DNA of 64,000 bases, from positions 65,360-129,359 of IMG/VR virus record IMGVR_UViG_3300006880_000001; one strand, given 5' to 3'. This DNA comes from a virus. A program made the translations under genes and the position numbers. This document shows, in pieces, positions 57,281-64,000 of this stretch. Within the stretch, counting starts at the first letter, position 1, and each line of letters starts with the position of its first letter. Under the pieces are notes generated by a model that was not told the DNA's origin, made no database searches, and saw nothing but the letters and a program-made list of their open reading frames with translations.

Positions 57281-58150
57281 ATGAGCCGGAGGTCACCGCT
57301 GCGTTGGGTGGGTGGGAAGGCGTGGCTCGCAGAGGAGGCCACCTTCGAGATCGGGCACCTGCTCGCGCGGGCGCCGCGCGCGCGCTTCTTCGAGCCGTTC
57401 CTGGGCTCGGCCGCGGTGGCCCTCGAGCTCCTCGCCCACCGCCCGCAACTGAAGAGCGTCCTCTCCGACGTCAACGAGAGCCTGATCGGATTCTGGCAGG
57501 CCGTCCAGCTCTACCCGGGGCCGCTGTCCCACGCCGTCGCGTCCGCGATCACCCACTACGGCATCGACGAGGACGGCTACTACGCGATGCGTGACGCGTA
57601 CAACGCGCTGCGGCCGCGCATCGGCATCAAGTCGTCGGCCCTCTTCTTCTGCCTGAACAAGCTCGGCTTCAACGGCATCTACCGCGAGAACGCCGACGGG
57701 GCCTACAACGTCCCCTGCGGCAAGAAGAAGGCCTTCGGCTGGGGCGGCCTCGACGAGTTCAAGGCGCTGTCGCGAACGTTGGCCGGCGCCAAGCTCCACG
57801 CCAGCGACTGGCGTCCGCGCGTCGCCGAAGCGGGCCGAGGGGACGTCCTCTACTGCGACCCGCCCTACGACGGCACCTTCGACGACTATGCCGCCGGCGG
57901 CTTCGCGCTCACGGATCAGATCGAGCTCGCCGCGCAGCTGCGCGGAGCCGCGGATCGCGGTGTCCACGTCCTCGCCAACAACGCGGACACCCCGCGCGTG
58001 CGCGAGCTCTACACCTGGGCGGACATCGAAGACGTCGACGAGAGACGATCCGTCGCCGCCGACGGTAAGCGGCGCGGATCTGCATCCTGTCTCGTGATCC
58101 GATCCCCCGACGCGGCCGCGCTTCGGGCTGTGGCGTCAACAGGTAGTTGA
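57281..58150 (+). CDS. dam: D12-class N6-adenine DNA methyltransferase (Dam-like)
   Basis: PLRWVGGK, FFEPFLGSAAV, SDVN, GFNGIYREN..G.YNVP.G, YCDPPY. Confidence 0.9.
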   Translation: MSRRSPLRWVGGKAWLAEEATFEIGHLLARAPRARFFEPFLGSAAVALELLAHRPQLKSVLSDVNESLIGFWQAVQLYPGPLSHAVASAITHYGIDEDGYYAMRDAYNALRPRIGIKSSALFFCLNKLGFNGIYRENADGAYNVPCGKKKAFGWGGLDEFKALSRTLAGAKLHASDWRPRVAEAGRGDVLYCDPPYDGTFDDYAAGGFALTDQIELAAQLRGAADRGVHVLANNADTPRVRELYTWADIEDVDERRSVAADGKRRGSASCLVIRSPDAAALRAVASTGS

Positions 58151-58157
58151 CTACCCG

Positions 58158-58173
58158 GATCGAAGGTGCGATC
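58158..58173. promoter_or_regulatory. GATC-N8-GATC box
   Basis: Part of a 20-bp stretch (CCCGGATCGAAGGTGCGATC) identical to 6871-6890; precedes basic small proteins. Confidence 0.6.
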
Positions 58174-58219
58174 CTCGTGCCAGAGCCTCGCGCTCCCACC
58201 CATCGAAAGGATCGTCACC

Positions 58220-58357
58220 ATGGCCAAGCACAAGCGCAAGCGCAAGCACAGCCGGAAGGCCTGCCTCGTCACCTCCGGGCGCAAGAAGGGCAAGCCGAAG
58301 AAGGGCTGGCGCCTCGGCAAGGGCGGCCGATGCATCAAGGCCAAGGGCAAGCGCTGA
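58220..58357 (+). CDS. Protamine-like basic peptide (45 aa)
   Basis: MAKHKRKRKHSRKAC...RCIKAKGKR; AAAGGA RBS. Confidence 0.65.
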   Translation: MAKHKRKRKHSRKACLVTSGRKKGKPKKGWRLGKGGRCIKAKGKR

Positions 58358-58359
58358 CC

Positions 58360-58485
58360 ATGGCCAAACGAAAGCACAAGAAGGTGGGCGGCAAGGGGAC
58401 GTGCTTCGACAAGAACAACAAGTTCGTGAAGTGCTCGTCCCCGAAGGCGGTCCGCAAGGTCCCCCGGCGCCGGAAGCGCAAGTAA
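58360..58485 (+). CDS. Protamine-like basic peptide (41 aa)
   Basis: MAKRKHKKVGGKGTC...KC...RRRKRK. Confidence 0.65.
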   Translation: MAKRKHKKVGGKGTCFDKNNKFVKCSSPKAVRKVPRRRKRK

Positions 58486-58504
58486 CACCACGACGGGAGG
58501 TCCT

Positions 58505-58783
58505 ATGGTGACTCTTGGCCTGGCGCAGCTGGAGCGTTGGGAGCAGGTTCCCGACTTCGAGCCGAGCAACGTCAACCAGCTGGTCATCCAGGACCACACG
58601 GGCATCCCCGGGGCGTACACCTCCGGGGGCTACTCGTCGTTCTTCTTCAACCGGATCGAGCCGGGAGGGACCAGCTTGTACGGTGCAACCGACGATCGGC
58701 GGCCCCTCCGGGCCTTCCTGGCTGGCGCGGCGGTGGCCGGGTTCTTCACCTGGCTGTTCGCTGGCTCCTGCAAGCGACGCTGA
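58505..58783 (+). CDS. Small membrane protein (C-terminal TM)
   Basis: GGAGG RBS; FLAGAAVAGFFTWLF followed by KRR. Confidence 0.6.
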   Translation: MVTLGLAQLERWEQVPDFEPSNVNQLVIQDHTGIPGAYTSGGYSSFFFNRIEPGGTSLYGATDDRRPLRAFLAGAAVAGFFTWLFAGSCKRR

Positions 58784-58816
58784 CGCTGACGCAGAGGTTC
58801 CGATCCCGGAGCTGAG

Positions 58817-59377
58817 CTACGGGATCGGGCCCTGCGAGGGCGCGCAGCTGTCCACGCACGACTGCCACCGGATCCGGTTCGACGCATCGCAGACCTCACG
58901 CGACGCGTCGCAGATCTCGTGCTCCGCTGCGGTCTCGACCGACACGGAGCAGAACTGAAAGTCCGAGCGGCAGCGTGTCGCGCGCTGCCGGAACTGCCTG
59001 TCGCACGCCTGGGTGCAGGTCGGCGGAGGTGTCGGGGACCCGGGTCCCTCGGCGCCGAGCGGCCCGTCTCCGTCTGGAAGATCGAGCGGCGGCGCCAGAT
59101 CGTCGTCATCGCCACCGTCGTCGTCGGTCGCGCACGCGTCCCCCGGCCGGCAGATGATGATCACGGTGTTCGCGACGCCGGCGTCGACGTCGGGGGCGTC
59201 GGTGGGGCGGGGGCTCGTGGCGATGCCAGATGCGACGGGGCCGGGGTCCTCGACGTCATCCGACGAGGGGTTGCCGGCCAGCTCCTCGTCGTCCGACTGG
59301 CCCAGTCCGTTAGTGGGTACCACACAGGCGGTCGCGACGACGAGGGAGAGGGCGATGCCGTAGGTGACGATCTTCAT
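58817..59377 (-). CDS. Lipoprotein with Cys-rich C-terminal domain
   Basis: Signal peptide ending ATAC; acidic linker; multiple Cx3C motifs. Confidence 0.6.
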   Translation of the reverse strand: MKIVTYGIALSLVVATACVVPTNGLGQSDDEELAGNPSSDDVEDPGPVASGIATSPRPTDAPDVDAGVANTVIIICRPGDACATDDDGGDDDDLAPPLDLPDGDGPLGAEGPGSPTPPPTCTQACDRQFRQRATRCRSDFQFCSVSVETAAEHEICDASREVCDASNRIRWQSCVDSCAPSQGPIP

Positions 59378-59483
59378 GATGGCTCCGAACCGATCGCGGT
59401 CGATTCAGCGCGTAAATTCCCGCTCCCCGCGACATAGGAGCAGACGCGCTGTACAACCATACGTCGGCGCGAGCTCGAGGGCT

Positions 59484-59846
59484 CTACCCCCCGGGGGGTG
59501 AGGGGGGAACGTGGGTGCGAGGAGCATGGAGCTCCAGGGTGACGCCGTCGACCTCCACCACGACGACGCTGGACCGCATCCCGCCGACGCAACCGTCGCG
59601 GCCGACCACCGCGAGCGCCTCGGCGAAGGCTTCCTCGGTGAGGAAGCGGACGGCGATCGACGTGACGACGCACTCCGTGCTCTCGATCAGGCGCTTGGTG
59701 AAGATACCGGTGGTGCGACGTTGCGCGAGGAACGACCCGGGCGGTGGACTCTCCGGCGGACCATCCTGCGCCTGCTTCAACATCCAGTCGGGCTGGACCT
59801 GGCCCCACAGCTCGGCCATGCGCAGGACCTTCAGGATCGTCGTCAT
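59484..59846 (-). CDS. Hypothetical protein
   Basis: ATGA overlap with the deaminase. Confidence 0.5.
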   Translation of the reverse strand: MTTILKVLRMAELWGQVQPDWMLKQAQDGPPESPPPGSFLAQRRTTGIFTKRLIESTECVVTSIAVRFLTEEAFAEALAVVGRDGCVGGMRSSVVVVEVDGVTLELHAPRTHVPPSPPGG

Positions 59847-60382
59847 CGGCCCGGCTCCGGATCGCTGGCGTAGGTTCTGACGAGGTCGGCGTAGGTTCCG
59901 ACCGCTGCCTCGGGGTCGGCGTAGGTTCCGATGACCACCGCATTGGGGTACCCGAGTTGTTGGAGGACCACACCACCCTGAAGCATGAGCTCGAGGCTCG
60001 AGTCGGTCCCCTGGCTGCGGTAGTACTCGTGGTAGTACACGACGAGGATGCCGGCCTGGATGATGCGCAGCGCGCAGAGCCGGCACGGGACGACGGTCGT
60101 GTACAGGGTGCAGCCCTCGGCGTCACGGCCGGCGAAGTCGATGGCGTTCGACTCAGCGTGCAGCGTGCGCACACACGACGGCTTGCCCTCGATCTCGCGC
60201 AGATCGCAGCCGACCTCGAAGCAGTCGGGCTGGCGCCTAGGCGCGCCGTTGTAGCCACTGGCGACGACGCGGTGCGCTTGGTTGACGATGAGGGCACCCA
60301 CCCGCTTGCGGGGGCACGAGCCGCGCTGCGCCACCACGTAGGCCTGGCGCATGAACCATAGATCCCAGTTCGGTCGGGTCAT
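59843..60382 (-). CDS. dCMP deaminase
   Basis: RP.WD..FM, C.R.RVGA, GYNG, HAESNA, PCRLC; start 7 nt after the motif at 60390-60410 (-). Confidence 0.92.
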   Translation of the reverse strand: MTRPNWDLWFMRQAYVVAQRGSCPRKRVGALIVNQAHRVVASGYNGAPRRQPDCFEVGCDLREIEGKPSCVRTLHAESNAIDFAGRDAEGCTLYTTVVPCRLCALRIIQAGILVVYYHEYYRSQGTDSSLELMLQGGVVLQQLGYPNAVVIGTYADPEAAVGTYADLVRTYASDPEPGR

Positions 60383-60389
60383 CGATCGG

Positions 60390-60443
60390 GATCTATCACG
60401 ACGGGGTGACCATCCCGGAACGGTCACCGGGCCGTGGTAGCGA
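60390..60443. promoter_or_regulatory. Divergent pair of GTCACC-N6-TGnTA motifs (60390-60410 minus, 60423-60443 plus)
   Basis: GTCACC CCGTCG TGA TAGATC and GTCACC GGGCCG TGG TAGCGA. Confidence 0.7.
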
Positions 60444-60454
60444 TGACGAGAACC

Positions 60455-61198
60455 ATGAGCAACCCACGCGCTCCCCGCGCCCCTCAGCCCGCCTTCCACC
60501 ACCAGCTCACCGAACTCCTCGAAGCCATTTACTGCTACGACCGCGCCCTCCGCCGCGCGGGCGGCCCCGCGGGACCCCGCAAGGGCAAAGAGGCCGTCGA
60601 CGCCGCCGTGGACAAGATCCGCCCTGCTGTGCGCAGTCTGTTCGAGGAGTCGGAGAACACCGATGACACCCCCGCCGCCACCCCTTGACGTCTTCCTGCA
60701 GTCCGACTGGAACCTCATTCTCGACGCCGCACGGAGGGCTGGGTGGACGAATCATCTCGAGTCACTGATCCGCGAGAGGCTGCGATTCCTGGGCGAAGAC
60801 CGTCGACGACGCTGGGTCAACTGGGGACCGAACGCGCAGTCGGCCATGGAGGCCATCGTCCTCAGCAACGAGGTGGCGCTCCTCACCGGCATCCTGGCGA
60901 CGCTGCAGGGGAAGTAGCCATCCTCTTGCCAACCGGGCCGCGGACGCGGTCAACTGGGTGGCAGGGTCCCACGATGCACGATACGTCCTCCGTCGCCACC
61001 TTCGACCGCCACGATATCGACGAAGACGAGACCGACGATCGTGTTCTAGCGGCGCCAGCACCGGATCCGGATCGGAGGCCGACGATGCCGATCCCGTACG
61101 AGACGATGGCACAGATCGTCGACGACGCGACCTGCCCTCACTGCGACCGTCTGTGTGGCCGCCACGAGAGCTGGTGTCGCCTGGCGCCGGGTCGATAG
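60455..61198 (+). other. Three small hypothetical CDS (60455-60688, 60663-60917, 60974-61198)
   Basis: Co-oriented small ORFs; last has CPHC...H...C. Confidence 0.45.
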
Positions 61199-61821
61199 CG
61201 GCGGTACGCCGCCCAGCCGACGAGGCCGAGCACGGCCACCACAGCGAGCACAGCGGGCCCCAAGCCTGCGTTGCGCGCCGTGTAGAGCGGGATGCCGTTG
61301 ACGACGGCGTCGATGACCGTCCGCGGGCTGTACCCGTCGACGGGGACCCACGGCTCGGCGGGGACACCGATGCCGAAGCCGGTCTGGAGTGGGAGGTAGC
61401 CCGTCCTGGGCCGACCCACCTCGGCCTCGAGTTGCGGTAGGAGCTCAGCGCTCGTCGCCTTGAGGTCGAGGTGGAGGTGGGGCCCCGTCGAGCCGACGCC
61501 GGTGTTGCCGCTGCGCGCGATCAGCTGCCCCTTCTGGACGACGGCTCCCTTCTTCACCAGGAGCTCGTCCAGGTGCATGTAGCGGCTCATGAGGCCGCTG
61601 GCGTGCCGGATCGCGATGTACTTGCCGCCCGATCGGCTGGGGTCGGCGTTGGCGTGGGTGACCTCGCCATCCTGGACAGCGGTGACCGGCGTCCCGATCG
61701 GCACCCAGATGTCGATGCCCGGGTGATGGACGTCGCCGTCCCGCGGCCGCCACCAGCCGCTGCCGACGATGGCCTTGATGCCGGGAGGCACCGGCCGGCC
61801 GAAGGCGGGGTCGAAGGCCAT
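61138..61821 (-). CDS. M23 family peptidase with C-terminal membrane anchor
   Basis: HPGID, GTPV.A..DG.V, YMHL, V.KGQ.I..SGNTG..STGPHLH; then GPAVLAVVAVLGLVGWAAYRR. Confidence 0.9.
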   Translation of the reverse strand: MAFDPAFGRPVPPGIKAIVGSGWWRPRDGDVHHPGIDIWVPIGTPVTAVQDGEVTHANADPSRSGGKYIAIRHASGLMSRYMHLDELLVKKGAVVQKGQLIARSGNTGVGSTGPHLHLDLKATSAELLPQLEAEVGRPRTGYLPLQTGFGIGVPAEPWVPVDGYSPRTVIDAVVNGIPLYTARNAGLGPAVLAVVAVLGLVGWAAYRRYRPGARRHQLSWRPHRRSQ

Positions 61822-61843
61822 GCCGCCCAGGGTACCACGAGGT

Positions 61844-61864
61844 GTCACCCCCGCGTGGTAGTCC
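61844..61864 (+). promoter_or_regulatory. GTCACC-N6-TGnTA motif
   Basis: GTCACC CCCGCG TGG TAGTCC. Confidence 0.6.
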
Positions 61865-61874
61865 TCAAAGGGCG

Positions 61875-62374
61875 ATGATCGGCTTCCTGCGCGAACCCGA
61901 AGCGGTCGATGACCGGGCCTGCCCCGGCGAGGGGCGGTGCCACGGGTGCGCGGTGTGGTGCGATGCCTGCGGCGACGTCGGCGTCACCTGCGACGCCCCG
62001 GTCTGCGATCGCCACCGCTGCAACCGCTGCGGCGTCTGGGTCGTCAGCATCGACGACATCTACGACGGCCAGGCCTGGTGCCCATCATGCGTACGGGAGG
62101 ATCCATGACGGACGACGACTGGAAGTTCTCGTGGCCGAAGCCGACGTCCATCTACGCCAGCGATGGACCCCACCTTCAGCAGGGGCAGGTCCACCTCGAG
62201 ATCGTCGACGGGCTCGTCTTCGAGATGAGCGTCGTCGGGTCCGGCCTCACGACGGGGCGATCGCGGTACGCGGTGCGTTGCCAGGCCTGCGCCACCCTTC
62301 TCCATCGTGGGACCACCGGACCTAGCTTTCACATCCTGGATCACCTGATGACCCGACACACGCCGCGAGGCTAG
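61875..62374 (+). other. Two small Cys-rich CDS (61875-62108, 62105-62374)
   Basis: Multiple CxxC motifs; ATGA overlap. Confidence 0.5.
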
Positions 62375-62718
62375 CGCTCGCCGCCGACGACGTACGTCCC
62401 GGACGGGACGTAGAAGATCATGTCCTTGCTGGTGGCGATCGGGTTGGTCTTGAACGCGTGCCAGCCTTCCGCCGTCTTGATGTACTGCTGGTTGGTACTG
62501 TGGCGGATGTAGAGGGACCCGATCGGGTACGGTCCGTTGGGTGGCGGAGCGGTGCCGACGGAGAGCGTCGGATGCTCGCTGCGGTACGGGACATTCCCTT
62601 GGCGCAGGTTGTGATCTTCGCCGTCGGCCAAGGCCTCCTCGGCGGACACGAAGCCGACCTTCGCGGCACCGACGCCGATGCCGAGCGCCTTGAGAAAGGT
62701 TCTGCGCTGCATGGTCAT
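62371..62718 (-). CDS. Small protein with twin-arginine (Tat)-like signal
   Basis: MQRRTFLKALG; G.APP...IGSLYIR...YIK...GW; TGA-TAGACT 7 nt before the start. Confidence 0.6.
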   Translation of the reverse strand: MTMQRRTFLKALGIGVGAAKVGFVSAEEALADGEDHNLRQGNVPYRSEHPTLSVGTAPPPNGPYPIGSLYIRHSTNQQYIKTAEGWHAFKTNPIATSKDMIFYVPSGTYVVGGER

Positions 62719-62731
62719 GACGCGCAGTCTA

Positions 62732-62992
62732 TCACCAGCGGGCAACGAGAGCCGCGAAGTCGTCGCGGCAGGCGGTGTCGGGGGCTCGGAGCCGTGCGAT
62801 CACCGCGCGTTCCTCGGCGGAGAGCCGCAGGATGGCCCGACCCGGCAGAAGGTGATCGGGAAGGTCGCGGCCGCCTATCTCGGCTGTGACCTCCGTGACC
62901 GTGCGGCCGTTGCGGGCCTTGATCGCACGCCAGGTGAGGGCTTCGTCGACGAGGCGTTCGAGGAGACGGGCAGGGCTCACGGGGAGGATCAT
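62732..62992 (-). CDS. Hypothetical protein
   Basis: 86 aa ORF filling the gap. Confidence 0.4.
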   Translation of the reverse strand: MILPVSPARLLERLVDEALTWRAIKARNGRTVTEVTAEIGGRDLPDHLLPGRAILRLSAEERAVIARLRAPDTACRDDFAALVARW

Positions 62993-63001
62993 GCCATAAC
63001 G

Positions 63002-63022
63002 GTCACCGGGCGCGGGTATTGT
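63002..63022 (+). promoter_or_regulatory. GTCACC motif variant
   Basis: GTCACC GGGCGC GGG TATTGT; ATG 63031 8 nt later. Confidence 0.55.
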
Positions 63023-63030
63023 TGATCGCG

Positions 63031-63483
63031 ATGGTCACGAATGAGGACGTCATCCAGGACGGCATGCGGGTCGTTGGCGACGGCGATCAACGTCGTCGGT
63101 TGCTCTGGGTCGAACCGGGCACCTACACGCTCGAACTCGGAATGCTACCCACGGTGGTGATCCTCCGGGAGCCTGCGTACCTCGTGGCGATCGAACGCGC
63201 GAAGGTCACGTTGCAGGACCACCGCCGGGCGCGCGTCATCTGGGAGTTCATCGGGTACGCCTTGCCGGTGGCCAGCGAGCTCACCCCAGCAGAGGGGTGG
63301 GTCCGCGGGCTCGTGTGCCTGCCGCTCCGCATCCTCGTCGGGATCGCGGTGTTCTGTGGGTTCGTGTCCCGGCGTCGGTGGCCGCCGCCGTCCCGCCTCC
63401 TCACGGAGCCAGACGACGATTCCGAGGAGATGTCCGAGGCCATGTCGGAGGCGAACAACGCCCTCACCGAGGGGCAGTCGTGA
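63031..63483 (+). CDS. Hypothetical membrane protein
   Basis: One hydrophobic segment; acidic tail. Confidence 0.5.
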   Translation: MVTNEDVIQDGMRVVGDGDQRRRLLWVEPGTYTLELGMLPTVVILREPAYLVAIERAKVTLQDHRRARVIWEFIGYALPVASELTPAEGWVRGLVCLPLRILVGIAVFCGFVSRRRWPPPSRLLTEPDDDSEEMSEAMSEANNALTEGQS

Positions 63484-63794
63484 GGTGGGCGGCACTCCTC
63501 GTGGTCGCCGCGTGCGGTGGTGGCGGCAACGTCTGCCCTCGCCAGTCGCCGGCGGCACCGCCACCTCCACCGCAGGAACGCCACGACGACTGCCACTTCC
63601 CGAAGCCGCCGGCGATGCAACCGCGCTACCGCGACCTCCGTGTCTGGTGCGACGCCGACAAGGAGGCGTGCGCGCCACTGTCGGCCCAGGACGAGGCGGC
63701 GCTGCGCTGGCGGGTCGGTGACCTCGAGCTCTACGTCGCCAAGGTGCGGTTCGCCGCGGCCGAGATCGGATGCGATCTGGAAGGCGCGGACTAG
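63480..63794 (+). CDS. Putative lipoprotein
   Basis: MRWAALLVVAAC lipobox-like start. Confidence 0.55.
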   Translation: MRWAALLVVAACGGGGNVCPRQSPAAPPPPPQERHDDCHFPKPPAMQPRYRDLRVWCDADKEACAPLSAQDEAALRWRVGDLELYVAKVRFAAAEIGCDLEGAD

Positions 63795-64000
63795 GCCTTG
63801 GGCTTCTTCAGCAGGATCGCGGCCGCGACGCTGAGGACGAGGACACCGGCGCCGGCGGCGATGTACAGGCCGTAGCTCTTCGGCGCCGTCGGCATCATCG
63901 GCATCGGCGACTGGTTGACGGTCGCGGTGGCCCCCGCCGCGACCGGGACCGTCGGGTTCGGGATGGACGTTCCGCCCTGGGCCACCTGCGTCGTCTGGGC
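63791..64000 (-). CDS. 3' end of a putative virion membrane protein (start beyond the window)
   Basis: Pro/Thr-rich linker then YGLYIAAGAGVLVLSVAAAILLKKPKA. Confidence 0.6.
   Translation of the reverse strand, partial: AQTTQVAQGGTSIPNPTVPVAAGATATVNQSPMPMMPTAPKSYGLYIAAGAGVLVLSVAAAILLKKPKA

Noticed and set aside
59860-59930. Short triple repeat encoding (G/R)TYA(D/S) at the dCMP deaminase C-terminus
   Set aside because: Looks like a local slippage duplication in a dispensable tail; no evidence of function.

Overview
GC-rich, densely coding segment that reads as part of a large bacterial virus genome. There are no host housekeeping operons, and no capsid, terminase or tail genes are recognisable in the window. 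It carries a replication/recombination module (Dda/RecD-like helicase, SF3-like ATPase, SNF2 helicase, Cas4-like exonuclease, Sak4-like ATPase, DUF669-like SSB, and a UDG-fused family A polymerase with an intein), nucleotide-metabolism genes (ThyX, dTMP kinase, dCMP deaminase, HAD nucleotidase), a Dam-type methylase, two HNH endonucleases, an amidase and an M23 peptidase. It also has many small membrane-anchored or very basic proteins plus a transglutaminase-like protease, which suggests a tailless, membrane-containing virion. The most striking locus (16.8-22.7 kb) is an apparent ubiquitin-like conjugation operon: TROVE/Ro60-like vWA protein, E2-like protein, JAB peptidase, Ubl ending FG-R, Zn-finger protein and E1. 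It is followed directly by a promoter-driven cluster of aberrant tRNA-like RNAs, two of which share a 52-nt hairpin insert. The window also shows two cis-element families: GTCACC-N6-TGnTAnnn at about 18 sites, mostly 6-8 nt before start codons, and GATC-N8-GATC boxes before putative virion genes. All protein calls come from motifs recognised by eye; no searches were run. Several start codons were moved from the ORF-track positions using RBS, gene overlap or the promoter motif.
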